Positions 1-11,746 of a DNA stretch of 20,000 nucleotides are shown in pieces; position 1 is the stretch's first letter; every line of letters begins with the position of its first letter. The stretch comes from Toensbergia leucococca (taxonomy: Eukaryota). The stretch spans positions 115,854 to 135,853 of the forward strand of contig JALDZS010000049.1 of the NCBI GenBank assembly GCA_022813965.1, written 5' to 3'. Below the pieces are notes generated by a model that did no database searches, had not been told where the DNA came from, and was given only the letters and a program-made list of their open reading frames with translations. A program made the position numbers and the translations under genes.

Positions 1-3000
1 ACCTGGGACCGAGTAGCCTCCTCGCTACACCTGGCTTCAGCAGCTTGGAGTCTCTCTTGGAAACGCTTCATATCGGCTTCTGCTGGAGTAACAGCCCCGT
101 CTTCTTCTACTTGGCCTTCTTCTGTGCCATCCCGTGCGTTGTAGTCGGCATTTTTCTGCTGATTTGAAGCGGCAGTCTCGAGTGCCTGGTCTCTTTCGAC
201 TTTGGCTGCCTCAAGCTCTTGTTGTAATCCTTTGACCTGTTGCTCAAGAACTTCTTTCTCCTTCGTAGCAGCCTGTAGAACACCATCCTTTTCTTTCAAT
301 TTGCCTGTCAAATCCCTTGATCTAGCCTTAAATTGATCCGTAAGCCTCAGCCGAACTTCATGAAGTTTCTCGTTGATTGCCTCCTCAGCCTGTTTGATCT
401 GCTCAGGGATGCTGTCGATCTGCTCTTGCATGGGTTGCTTCGATGAGATCACCTCGTCCCGTTCGCTCCTCATAGTCTCGATTTGTTCCTTCAACGCTTC
501 CAATTCTGCAGGGTCAATCCGCTCGTACTTCTGCAGAATATTTTGCGTCCGTTTTTCCCATCGATCGCGATCTTCCTTCACAATCCTCATCTCGCCTTCT
601 TGGGTATCTCTCTCATTCTTGAGCTCTTGGATCTCGACCTGTAATGGCTGGACCTGTTTGATAAGATCGTCGACTTCCTTTGATTTCTCAGCCAATAAGG
701 CTTGCGCTTGCCGAGCTTCGTTGCGCAAAGTAACACTGCTTTCCCGGAACAGGTTCAGTTCATTGATCGTCTCTATGAGCTTATTGTGGTTGAGCAAGCT
801 GCGTTCGCTGTCTTCTTCGAGCCGTCTTTGTTGGTTGAGTTTCAACCGAGTCTCATCTAGCTGTGATTGAGTGTGGTCGAGCTGCTGCTTCAAACGCCTT
901 GCCTCTTGTGCAGACAATTCCCACTGAACATCGACTATCTCTTTCTCACGCCGCAGATACTTGATGACCTGCTGAAGGTTATCCATATCCGGAGCCAGCT
1001 TATTATCGGTTGTATCCTCATTCTCATCTGGTAAACCACGCTTTTGGAGACTAGATATCTGATTGCTAACGTTATCCAACTGCAGATGGAGCCGCTTGTT
1101 TTGGGCGTTCAGTTCTTCTCGGCCCTTTTTAAGGTCCATTATCTCTCTTTCATATCGTTCTCTTGACTCTGTCCAACTTTCTTCGCTCTGAGACAAGCTT
1201 GCTCGGGCTGAATCTGCGTCAGTCTTGAACTCGACAGCTTCAACTTTGAGATTGTTCAAGTCGCTTCGAACTCTCTGCAGCGTCTTTGCAGCTTCTGCGT
1301 GCTTGACCAGCTCGTTCTCATAGTTTTGTTGCGCTTGCTGGGCGATTTCCGCTTGAACTTTGAGATCTTCTTGGTGAAATTGTGCAGCAGCTGCATGGCG
1401 GTCGTCTTGATCTTTGAGTTGTGCTAATTCTGCTTCATATGCCGTCTTCTGTTCGTCAAGTCGTCGTTCAATTCCAGCCTGCTCCGTGCGTAGGGTTGAT
1501 AGTTGGGAATTTGTGGTAGAGAGTTCCGAGCTTATATCTGTGACTCGCTGCTCAAGCTCCTGAATCTTGACGTCCTTCTCTCCAATGACTCGGTCAGTGT
1601 CTTGGCGATAGTGATCTTGGGTCTCATTCAGACTCTGTAACTCTTCCTCCGAGGCCTGGCTGATAGCCTTGTACTGCTCTACTTGACCCTTCACATTTTG
1701 GAGCTCCCGCTTTGCCAATTCAAGATCTCGCTTTAGATCAGACACTTGAAGGGCGAGTTCTTGCTCGTTACTCAAGCCTGAGTCGTCACTGCTCGTGTGT
1801 TCTGTCTGAGCCTCTGCTCCGTCCTTCGTTGCAGCTTGGCTCTTCGAAGTCGATTGAAGGGCCTGTGCACGCTCCTCTGCACTTCGGAGTTCGATCGTCA
1901 TCTCATCCACTCTAGTCTGTAAGTGGTCGCGTGTTGTTTTCGCAGCGATTAGCTCTTCACGAACAGATCCAAGGCTTGAAATGAGGTCATCAATCCTCGA
2001 TTGGCTTTGCTGATGATCAAGTTCACGCCGGAGGGTAGCGCGTTTGCTGTCTTCTACTTGCTCGGAAAGCTGTCTGTTCGTGGCCTGTAATTCTTTTTCA
2101 AGGCTCTCAATCTGCCCTTGCAACCGTCGACGCATCTCGGTATCGGAGAGCTCGCGCTCGTTTAGAAGGCTCTGAAGATTGGTCGTCAAGCTGCTCTGAC
2201 GACTCCTTTCATTCAGTAGAGCTTCATTATCCTCCACTAGTCTTTTCTCCACAGTCGCCCGAAAGTGCTTTTCAGCCTTCAGATTTGCAGTCTCGTTTCG
2301 AATGCTCTCTAGGAGGCCCTTGGCTTCTACCAGATCCTCAGCGACCTGCTGGGTCCGCAGATCTTGTCTGGCAGCAGTGTCTGAAAGGAATGCTGCTCTC
2401 TTCTGAAGCTCACCGTTTTCGTTTTTGAGCATCATGTAGTTAGCTTGGAGCATCTCGTATCGTTGATGGGCCAATGTGACTTGGCTATTTCCTCGCATGA
2501 CTTCGCTTCGAAGTTCGCCATTAGTCTTTGAGAGACTATCAACCTGTTCCTTCAAAGTTGAACGATCGGTTGCAGCTTCATGTCGATATGCGTCAAAGTG
2601 ATTCTGCATGTCTTTCAAAAGCTTAGCATAATCGGCCATGTCCTTTGACGACGGAGATTGCTCCATATTGTTCACCATGCTATTGTTTTGGGGAGTACTT
2701 GGTAACTCTCCTCCATTAACAGATTCTCCAAACATAGAGGCAAGGTCGCTACCTGGAGGTAAAGAGCCTCTGTGAGAAAGCATGCGACGGAACATGTCAC
2801 GCTCCCGAATGTAGCTTTGCGATTGTGTGACCAATGATTTCATCTCGTCCTTGCATCGCTCAAGTTTCTGTCGTAAATCGCCTAGTTCCTCTTTATCCTG
2901 TGCTGTTTGTGACTGATTCCGTTGAGCTTCTTCTCCTTCCATACGGTCGCCCAGTTCCCGAGTGAGCTTCAACAGCTTCCTATTTTGCTCCTGGAGGCCA

Positions 3001-4768
3001 GCAACATCCCTGAATGTGGTGAGGTGCTCACTAATATACTTGTCTGTATCTGTCCTGCCGTCTACAGGATCTTCATCAGGCATGCTCTGAGCTAATTGTT
3101 CGAGTTTTATGCGTTCCTCTACACTCACTTCACCAAGATGGACTTCCATCAGCAGGACTTTGATTTGTGAGCTGAGGTCCCGCAGTTGCTGCCGGAGAAG
3201 TTCGCCTTCTTTCACCATCGCGTCCAGTTCGCTAGCGTTCTTCCTCGCTTCTTTGAGTGCCTGATCTCGTTCCTTGCCAATACTATCAACTAGAGCAGAC
3301 ATTTCCACGATATCTGCTTCCAGGCGCCCATGATCTGCACGAAGCTCCTCGACTTCCGGCTGTCGCGTTTCCATGTCTTGGATCATATCGTCGAGGGTAG
3401 AAGTAATCTTCTCATTCCTGCGTTTCTCTGTCTCCAGCTCTGCGGTAACTTTGTTGAATTCACTATACAACTGAGTGAAATTGAGACCTCCTTTAACTCG
3501 AGATGAATTGGGTGAAAAGATACTTGCAGGTAATCCGAGTCGAACGGGGGTTCCGAAAGCATGTCCGTTGATGCCTGGATGTGGGGAACCAGGTGCAGAT
3601 CCTTGTTTACGCAATGTTTCTAGATCTGCTTCCAAGCTTTCAACTTGAACTTCGAGATCGGCAACTCTCTGTTCCGCGGCTTCTCGATCTTGGTGCTCTG
3701 TCTCAATTTCGGAGTTGATCCTGCCAATTTGCTCAGCAGCATCCTCTCTTGCTGCTTCCAATTCTTGACTAAGATCTTGATGACGCCGTCGTTCGGTCTC
3801 AACAGAATTACTCATAAGCTCGGCCAAACGATTAGCTGCGTCAAGCTCAATCCTGAAAGCTTCCTCCTTGCTAGCGGTTTCCTCCTCTAACTGCTGGACC
3901 TTGGCCATGGAATTGTCTGCTACTTGTTCCACTTCTTCCAGACGTGTGCGTAAATTGTTCTCCGTACGGGTCAAGGCTTCGGTTTTGCTGATCATTTCAT
4001 CATTCTGACGCTGGAGTTCCGCAATACGGGAGCCCTTCTCCTTGCGGTACTTGGAATGCTCTTCGGACTTGGTTTTTATCTCGCCATCCAGCCAGTCATT
4101 GTTCCTCTTCAAGTGTTCGATTTCTTGTTGTAAACTTTGCTCGCGAAATTTTGCACTTGAAGACGCAGCTTCGGTAGATTGTACAGATTGCTCCAATCCA
4201 GAGACTTCACGTCTCAGTTCAACGATCTTCTGATGCTGAGCGCTAAGCTCTACGACGAGTTGGTCGTAGGCTGAGGATTTTGACTCTAGCAAAGACAGAG
4301 TATCTCGATTTGATGATTCGAGTGACGATATGCGAGCCTTTAAAGTAGAAATTTCCGAAACCGATGACGAAGTGGACGATTTCAAGGCCTCAAATTCTGA
4401 CACTAGCGAAGTTCTTGAATTTTCTGTAGGGAACTAAAGTTAGCATACACCAATCTCCAAAGGTTGCAATGCTAACCTTCTGCCTGTAATTTCTGTTTAA
4501 TCTCTGCAGCTTCCTTGAGACTTTTGTCAACCGAAGCCTTGAGCACACGAGTCTTTGACTCCCCGCCACGGACAGCATTCTCAAGCTCCACATCAAGCTT
4601 AAGCTTCTCTGATCTGATCTCATCGTATTCGCGGGCTTTCGCAGTTACACTGCGTAGAAGGGCCTGAACCAGCTCTGCAGAAGGTGCATCTAGTAAAGTA
4701 TGGACGGTGCTTTGAGGTATCGAGCAGTAAGAGGAGATGTGGGCAACATCCAGTTCCGCCATAACCAT
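1..4768 (-). CDS. MLP1: Nuclear pore basket coiled-coil protein Mlp1/Tpr (myosin-like protein), 3' end beyond the left edge. Exon 1 4768(or 4762)-4477, intron 4476-4424, exon 2 4423 to <1
   Basis: Exon 1 reads MVMAELDVAHISSYCSIPQ...KLQAE. A 53-nt intron has a GTTAGC donor, GCTAAC branch and CAG acceptor. Exon 2 is in the same frame at the sampled positions from 4423 to base 1 (ENSRTSLVSEFEALK...QERLQAAEARCSEEATRSQ) and is heptad-rich. It contains recognisable Tpr/Mlp segments: AEIAQQAQQNYENELVKHAEAAK (TPR_MLP1_2 region), YLRREKEIVD, LNLFRESSVTLRNE, RWEKRTQNILQKY. Confidence 0.95.
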
Positions 4769-5397
4769 CTCAATGATGCACCATAAGATTTACCTATCAC
4801 TAACGACAATCAAGCCATGAAAGCAGCGTGAGAAGCGATTTGATAACCACAGGGTACTGTGACAAGGGCAAGTCTGCTTTTGAAGTACACAGATTGGAGA
4901 AGGGTTCTCCTCTGAACTTGACCAAACTTTGTGTGATATACTGTGACTCGTGATATTCGACGTCCAGTGTTGACGGTAACCAATCGGGGATAGATAAGAA
5001 TCAGTCAAGAAGTGTTGTCTTTGTTTAACGCGCTGGCTCGTCGCCCTGCATGTCCGTAATTCCTTAGCTCGACCTTCATCTCCGAAAACAACCTAGCACT
5101 ACATAGGTACGGTACCTTAGTGGGGTCAAGCTGTAATTTTCGTAAGGCATTCACACACTCGTCACGCCACGCCTTATCCGGTTTCGGTACTCAGTATCAA
5201 TACGGAGACAGGTACAAGGATATTTTGGGAGTCATATTCACAGGGTTATCGATTCCCTGATACATTGAATCAACAATACTGCCCTTTGAAACAAGGTATC
5301 ATTACATACTCACACATCTTGCCCACAAATTTTCTTGAACGATTCTCACCATTTCATACTCCATACACAACCTCCGATTGCTCTACAACTGGTCACG
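4769..5397. promoter_or_regulatory. Probable bidirectional promoter region between divergent MLP1 and TFA2
   Basis: About 630 bp between two head-to-head start codons with no credible coding ORF. Function is inferred from gene arrangement only. Confidence 0.6.
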
Positions 5398-6270
5398 ATG
5401 TCTTCCTATCTAGATGCCCAGATCAAAACCTTCAATTCAAACCTTACGTCGTCCTCCGGCAAAATTTCCAATAAGCGTGCCGCACCAATTCCGCCAACAT
5501 CGAGTCCATCTCCTGCGCCATCAAAAGCCTCGACGTCAAGCAAGCATAATCTCAAGCGGAAGCGCCCAGAGCCCACCAACGTGGTTTACTCGCAGCCGGC
5601 AGACACGGGGACTGGGAGGAACATGATAACCCAAGTCAGCTATGCTGTTGAGTATTTGAAAACTAAAGGCACTCCTCAAACCTTCCAAGACCTGATATCC
5701 TACTTGTCCCTACAATATAAAGAAGACAAGTACAAGCAGGCAATGAGACAGATATTAAGGACCCACAATAAAGTTGAGTTTAGACGAATTAATGACAAAG
5801 ATCCGGGCACGTACAGCTTTAGGCCAGTTCACAACATCCGCTCCGGAGAAAATTTGCTAGGTTTCCTACAACAACAGTCAACGGCACAGGGGCTTAGTGT
5901 TCGCGACCTACGTGATGGGTGGCAGGGAGCAGAGGAAGCCATCAGTCTACTCGAAGCGCAAGGGAAGCTATTCGTTACCCGAAACAAGAAGGACAATCAC
6001 GCAAAGATGGTCTGGCCAAACGATCCATCCTTAGCGACCACGATCGATGCGGAATTTCAGCTCATGTGGCACAAGATCAAGCTTCCTGAGCCTGCGGCAT
6101 TGATAGATGAGCTCGAGAATGCGTCACTGGTCCCAGCTAACAAGAGTCGGGCCGTCAAAGCAAAGCCGAAAGTCCAGGAGAAGAAAACGAAGAAGCCGAG
6201 AAAGAGCGGGAAGACGACGAACAACCATATGTCAGGCATTCTGAGAGACTATTCGGGTCTGAAGAAGTGA
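5398..6270 (+). CDS. TFA2: Transcription initiation factor TFIIE beta subunit (290 aa, intronless)
   Basis: First ATG at 5398 (the track's 5335 start is TTG). Recognisable fungal Tfa2 motifs: YAVEYLK, FRPVHNIRS, GLSVRDLRDGW, IDAEFQLMWHKIKLP, and a basic NLS-like C-terminus KKTKKPRKSGKTTNNHMSGILRDYS. Confidence 0.93.
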   Translation: MSSYLDAQIKTFNSNLTSSSGKISNKRAAPIPPTSSPSPAPSKASTSSKHNLKRKRPEPTNVVYSQPADTGTGRNMITQVSYAVEYLKTKGTPQTFQDLISYLSLQYKEDKYKQAMRQILRTHNKVEFRRINDKDPGTYSFRPVHNIRSGENLLGFLQQQSTAQGLSVRDLRDGWQGAEEAISLLEAQGKLFVTRNKKDNHAKMVWPNDPSLATTIDAEFQLMWHKIKLPEPAALIDELENASLVPANKSRAVKAKPKVQEKKTKKPRKSGKTTNNHMSGILRDYSGLKK

Positions 6271-6518
6271 TTGGCAATTCTTCGATATAGGAGTAATGAC
6301 TGCTCTACACCCATTGATATTGAAGTTTGACAAGAAGGCCCAAGAGGGGCTGGGTGGAAATCCCCTCGGCACTGGTCAGTCGGAGGAGTTGGAGGACACT
6401 ACATTAATGTTTTCACGATATCCATTAGATCAGCATGCTCGCAAGGCTTTCAGAGCACAAAGACTACCGGCTCAGCGCTTTCGATTATTTCATTCATGTG
6501 TGGTCTGACCTGCATTTG

Positions 6519-7376
6519 CTACGAATCAGGATCCCGTCTGACACCGAAAAAGTAGTTGCCCCATCTCTCTCCGCCCTCAACCATTCTCCATCCCAATCCA
6601 GGCAGATACACGCAGCCCATTGCCTTCACCGCTCCCTGTCCCCCCCAGCCCTTCTGCCCCAGAAAAAATCCCCTCATCTCCTCCTCATCAATATACTTTG
6701 CCCAGTCATGCGTTCCCCTTGGTACCAACCTCACCACCTCCTCAGCCACAACCTTCGTCGTCAGCCAACTAGTCCACGTCCGAGCAATAGTACTCAAGAC
6801 GAGCCAGCCGCCGGGTTTGACAAAGGGAAGACATGCTGCTAAGAAGGGTACGGGATAGGTGATGTGCTCGATTACTTCGAAAAGGGTAAGAACATCGTAC
6901 TGTTCTTCTACCGTCCGAGGTCGTGGAAGGTCCTCTATGGATTTGTTGAGGTATTCCAAGCGCCCTTGCTTCTGGAAAAGTGGATCTTGCCGTGCGTGCT
7001 CCCGCGCCACATCAATAACCTCTCCGCTTGGATCAACACCCGTAACCTTTTCTGTACCTAAAAGGCGCGCAGCGCTCTCAGTAAATATGCCTCCTCCGCA
7101 TCCAACGTCGAGGTAGCGCTTTTTAGCTGAAGAGTTCTGATTCGGTTGGAAGGAGAGGCAGGAGGAGATGAAGTCATGACGATAGGGGTTCATGAGGTGG
7201 AGGAGACGGGAGGAGCCGTGAGGGTCCCACCATGTTGAGGCGAGGGCGTTGAAGTGAGAGACTTCTGCTGGGTTGACTGAGGATGTGAGAGGTGAGGCAC
7301 TGGAGTTGGGGCGATTCTGGGAGGGTTTGCGGCGGAGGAGGCTTAGGTTACGGAGAGCTGTGGGGCGAGTTGCCAT
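6519..7376 (-). CDS. COQ3: Ubiquinone biosynthesis O-methyltransferase Coq3 (UbiG family), mitochondrial, 285 aa
   Basis: Arg/Ser/Leu-rich, acid-free N-terminus resembling a mitochondrial presequence. Contains EVSHFNALASTWWDPHGSSRLLHLMNP, SAM-binding motif I LDVGCGGG, FEVIEH, VKPGGWLVLSTIART and VPRGTHDW, all typical of Coq3/UbiG. Confidence 0.95.
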   Translation of the reverse strand: MATRPTALRNLSLLRRKPSQNRPNSSASPLTSSVNPAEVSHFNALASTWWDPHGSSRLLHLMNPYRHDFISSCLSFQPNQNSSAKKRYLDVGCGGGIFTESAARLLGTEKVTGVDPSGEVIDVAREHARQDPLFQKQGRLEYLNKSIEDLPRPRTVEEQYDVLTLFEVIEHITYPVPFLAACLPFVKPGGWLVLSTIARTWTSWLTTKVVAEEVVRLVPRGTHDWAKYIDEEEMRGFFLGQKGWGGQGAVKAMGCVYLPGLGWRMVEGGERWGNYFFGVRRDPDS

Positions 7377-7999
7377 GGTGCGATTACCTCGATAAAGTCT
7401 AGGATATAATGAAAAGCGATGTGATATCGGAGAGCGTTCCGAGTGTCGACTCTGGAGAAATGTGACTATTTATAAATCTTGAGCGCAAAGGCTATTTCAA
7501 GCCATGTCGAAATTAATTAGATGATGGTGTGATATCCAGCTAATGGATAGATGAGTAATATCTGAGTTGCTATAAGCCTAACAAATCCAGGGTTAGAGCT
7601 ACGCCATATGGAAATCTCCGTGGCACTCTAATGCATCTTGAAGTCATACAGAGTACTTTATGGCACTTCACGACTTTGTCGTGCGCCTCGGTGGGTGACA
7701 AACTTAAGGTATGTCAGCTATTGGCGGCTCGGCCCGCGCGCTAATTAGTCACACATCACATGTCGAGCTTGTGCATTCAACGACAAACATTTCCATATTT
7801 GCTTCAAACAAAGAATCCTGCGCCGTCAAAGTCATTGAAGTGGGAGAGACATCTCAGACATCTTGATATATTGTAGTATAGAAGCTAATGCCTTTGTTTC
7901 AATCTGTCTTTTGCGCAGTGAGGCCATGATAAAATCAACAAAGTCATCTCCGTTCAGCCAAATAGAACAGGATCTCATGTCTACAATTTGTGTCAATAA

Positions 8000-8028
8000 T
8001 GATTTTGGATTGATTTTGGATTGACTTT
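8000..8028. repeat. Short tandem duplication (TGATTTTGGAT x2 plus a partial third copy)
   Basis: Read directly: TGATTTTGGAT TGATTTTGGAT TGACTTT. Confidence 0.7.
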
Positions 8029-8789
8029 ATCTCTGCTAGATGAGCGATTCGTCGCTGACATTCGGCCATGAGTCCTATCTCGTTACTCTTAAATATGTTA
8101 TGCTATCAAGTTTGATTCAGCATTCACAAGCTAAAGATTGAAAATGACCATCACCTTGGCTACGACCGTAGGCCGGAGTTCTCCAACCTCTCAGATTGTT
8201 TATGGTCATGATGGAACTTTACTGAGTGCTAAGCTTTTCCCTAGATGGCTACGCAAAAGCGTAAAAGGGCCTGGGCGAATGCAGTCCCGATCGACAACAT
8301 GGTATGCTCTCCTTCCTGCATATAGCTTGACACGTTTCTTACTTTAACCGCGACTCCAAATCTGGGGCACCAAGGATGTACCAGCCACTTGCGATCTCTG
8401 GCTCTACTATACTAAGTGCCTAGGGCTTATTGAGTATATCTTTCGAATAGCTTATCTTCGGGTGCACCACGCTAGGCAACTTTGATAGCTAACGTGTTAT
8501 ATACCATACCAATTCAGGCGTCTTAAACAGCCCTCTCAAATCAACAGTCTAGGGTGCTCAGAGTCCTATTGTTGATAGCTACCAAGGTATATACTACACT
8601 TACTTGGCCGTGCTGTTGACTCACAATCCATTAAATTGTCGTCCTGAAACCTTGAGGTTCCTGTGAGACTCGCAGCCTCATTGTTCGACAAAGCTATCTT
8701 TGAATAACACCGACTTATCACTGCTCCTTTATCGTTCTGCCAGAGTGTTCGAAGATGTTCCACACAGAACTTTCTGATTATTACTCCTT

Positions 8790-8796
8790 TATATAA
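8790..8796 (+). promoter_or_regulatory. Candidate TATA box of the 8921 ORF
   Basis: TATATAA about 125 bp upstream of the ATG at 8921, followed by a CT-rich tract (8828-8885) typical of fungal transcription start regions. Confidence 0.55.
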
Positions 8797-8920
8797 CAGC
8801 GATTGTCTTCGTAGTAATCTAATACGGGCTTCTTCTTCGACACACCGAAAAACAACTTCTTTTCTCCATCCACCAGAACTTCATCTTCAATACCATCGAA
8901 GAACACTTCATACATCTATC

Positions 8921-9622
8921 ATGGCTCCAACAAGAAAATTAGCTAATGCAGCCTCGCGGCCTCAGATTCATCTCTTCAAAAGCGTCCACTCTGAGCGCCT
9001 CATTCGAAAGACCTACGACAAGGGTCGACTAGTTGAACAAATATATCGGACGCATACGAAGATGTTCCTCTCGAAGCCCAAAGGCTGTGGGGCATGGAGG
9101 AAACACCGTGAAGCAGATGGAAGGGTATTGTATCCCTTGCGGGATCCCGAGGATCCCAAGAACAAAGACGTGATGGACATTGAAGTCCTACATGAGACTG
9201 TCTTACGGGAAGCGAGTCCGTTGCCGGTAGATCAAAAGGCCTTGAAATACCGCAGCTTCTACAGGGTCGGCAAGAATCTGACAGACTCCAAGACCCTCTT
9301 ACGTATCGATGCGCCGATGAAGCTCGAAGACGTGCCAGACCATGCGACGGTCCATAACACGAGGCACAACACAAAGGAGTCTCTCGACCCGGAAACGCCC
9401 ATCCCGTCCATTGAGGACGAGCCCATTTACCGTCCTCTGGGCCCTGGGAGGCGCGTTCATTTCCCAACTCCTCCCCGTCACGAACGTCCGAACCCCCATG
9501 TCTCGGAATTCCACGGACCAGTTCCGGGAGAAGAGCCTCGACACATACATATCAACCTGCGGCTAGGCCCTCCGCCTCCTCGTCTGATCCTACGTATGGG
9601 CCCACCACCGGCGTCTCGCTAA
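8921..9622 (+). CDS. Hypothetical protein, 233 aa: basic N-terminal half and Pro-rich, likely disordered C-terminus
   Basis: Longest ORF in the region, with a good start context (atcATGG), an upstream TATA/CT-rich tract and protein-like composition. No family recognised. Confidence 0.7.
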   Translation: MAPTRKLANAASRPQIHLFKSVHSERLIRKTYDKGRLVEQIYRTHTKMFLSKPKGCGAWRKHREADGRVLYPLRDPEDPKNKDVMDIEVLHETVLREASPLPVDQKALKYRSFYRVGKNLTDSKTLLRIDAPMKLEDVPDHATVHNTRHNTKESLDPETPIPSIEDEPIYRPLGPGRRVHFPTPPRHERPNPHVSEFHGPVPGEEPRHIHINLRLGPPPPRLILRMGPPPASR

Positions 9623-11746
9623 GTCTTTCGTTTGGCATGGAAAGCCAGGGGATCTTTGGCGTGGATGCTAGGATAACCAGCCCGATTCTACTATATGAAT
9701 TCACTGCTCTGTATGGCTTCGAAACCTACAAAGAAGCAACTAGCAATCTAAGCCATACAGCCCTTTTCGAAGTGGGCCGAGGGAGCGCCGCCGCCTCAAG
9801 GCCTGCATCCAGTGACTGCATCGTGGATACTCACATAGACAGTGGGCTGTCAATCATTGGGCAAATTTGCAAGACGCCGAAGCATGGCGGACCGAATAGC
9901 CAATCGTAGGTGGCGCATACCAAACCAGAGTTATGGCTTGGTGTACCGAGGTGGGATCCTACACCAAAAGCAGCCCGATGTTTCAGTAGTGAAGGTGAGC
10001 CTTGCACCACAGCCCTCAGATCTGCCAGCGACTAATAATATTACAAGTTCATTTAAAATCATAGGGTCCTGCGCCACGGACACAGTGGTCTACCCACCGG
10101 ACCATGATGTTGAGTATTGTGTCCTGGTAGATATGCAAGGGTCCTGTGATAATATAACGCTGCAAGCAGAGAGGCCTGAGATGAGAATGATCCCACGGTG
10201 AATGTTATATGGTGATACATCACTGTGTTTAGGGACGGCAACGATCTGCTTACATCGTGCGATATCCGCTCCTTCGCGAAGCAGGCTGGCGGAGCACCGC
10301 CGCATTAAGGTCGGCACTCAGTAACCGCAACCCAGCCGGCGGTTCAGCAAATATCATGCCAATATTTACACGTTCATCATCCTTTACTCTTCCGGCTCTA
10401 CAAGATATGATAGAGTTGGGCGCATAGGGGCAGAGGCAGCGAGATACGTTGTGTTTTGGAGTAATAGAGTTATCAGCGGAGTTGGAGTACATGTAGGTAT
10501 ACGTGGAACAGCATCAAAAGGCTTCTTTCTTGCAAAACATGAGGTGATTGAGATAGCTAAGGGCGATTTTCGTTCGAGTCCGTCTTTTTGAATTTTTGCG
10601 AGATACATGTTAGATGGACAATTGAATTTATTAGCATTGACAGATTCACTTTGCTCAAGTCGTGCTTCACACTCATTAATGGTCGAGCTTTTCCTGTCCC
10701 TGAATTGACCGAGAAATGAGCCGTTGGTGGTTCTTTGTACTTGCTTAATCATTGAAGGAGAATTTTATCAAGTTTTGGTCTGATGACATGATTCGATTCC
10801 CTGCCTTCCTTTATGAACATTGCACGCAACCAATGCATTCCATTTCTTGGAAAAGCTCGCAACCTCTTTCAATGCATGTACCTACCCCATATTCAAGATC
10901 TTAACCGGTTCGTACAGCTACATTTACTTCCTACGCACACACAACGCCACGCCCAAAGCGTGAGATGCGGGTCGTCGCAATGGCGTGAACGAGTCCGGAT
11001 GGTATGGCCAAGCTATCAGCTCGATTCATTGTCCTCATACCACTCTCTAATTCTTCTACGTCGGATGCGATCGACTTCGTGAAGGGGCTTGAAGTCCACT
11101 TGCATCTGATTCGATGGTCGGCTGTAGAGATGAACGACCTACTTTAATTTTTCTACAGAGGGAGGATGGGTGTGGTGTTGTGTTATATACCTAGCTTGCT
11201 TTTACTCTCATATGGAAAATTGACAGTCATCAGCTGTTGTGAAAGGAACTTCAAGAGAGAGTCGATTTATCTTGGGTCGAATATAAATTAGACTTCGATG
11301 GTATCGATCCCAGATCCTGAGACTACCTCGGAATTTTCGGATTTCGTACAGCTCTGAAGGCCTTACCCATGCCCAGGAAGGTTGTCAATACCTCTTTGCA
11401 GTCTCTACCTATATCAAACGATCCGACTGCCAACGTGAGACTCCAACCAGCCTCAAACATCTTGTTGATACCGTATTCCACAAAGAAAACACCGCAACAA
11501 TGGAGAAGACCTCAAGCCCCTACTTGCCTCATACGCATCTCTTTATCACTAATGCCCTTACTCTCAGTTCTTTATCTCGCAAAACAAAGCCTTTATCCCT
11601 TCCCGCTTCCCACCCCATAACCCCCCTTGAAAAGCACTCCCATGAAAGCCCATCCCCACTCACAACAACAATTTTCGAAGTTCCCCATCATTCATTCGCT
11701 TACCAAATCCATAAAACCCAGAACCAAGAAATAAACACTGAAGGGA

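Noticed and set aside
373..4623. ORFs 373-870, 1712-1915, 3645-3890, 4042-4233 (+) and 3620-3802, 4390-4623 (-)
   Set aside because: Antisense or off-frame shadows of the long MLP1 coiled-coil exon. The Ser/Leu/Cys-rich translations are what the reverse complement of Glu/Lys/Gln codons gives.
5265..7116. Small ORFs overlapping TFA2 and COQ3, and the TTG start at 5335 for TFA2
   Set aside because: They overlap well-supported genes and have no motifs. The eukaryotic start is the ATG at 5398.
8138..8763. ORFs 8138-8347 and 8566-8763, with a GTATGC donor-like site near 8302
   Set aside because: Non-ATG starts, no recognisable motif, and no coherent spliced model could be built.
9000..9566. Alternative-frame and antisense ORFs inside the 8921-9622 ORF
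   Set aside because: Shadow ORFs of a GC-balanced coding region. The 233-aa frame has the start context and promoter signals.
10265..10344. GC-rich patch with small hairpins (GGCGG-AGCA-CCGCC; AACCGC...GCGGTT; CTTCGCGAAG palindrome)
   Set aside because: Stems of 5-6 bp are expected by chance in GC-rich sequence, and no tRNA, snRNA or snoRNA signature was recognised.
9637..11082. Cluster of 60-122 aa ORFs, including an ankyrin-like LLREGADI string in 10090-10317
   Set aside because: No surrounding ankyrin consensus (no TPLH), no consistent splice model, and no transposase or RT motifs. A decayed gene cannot be excluded without a translated search.
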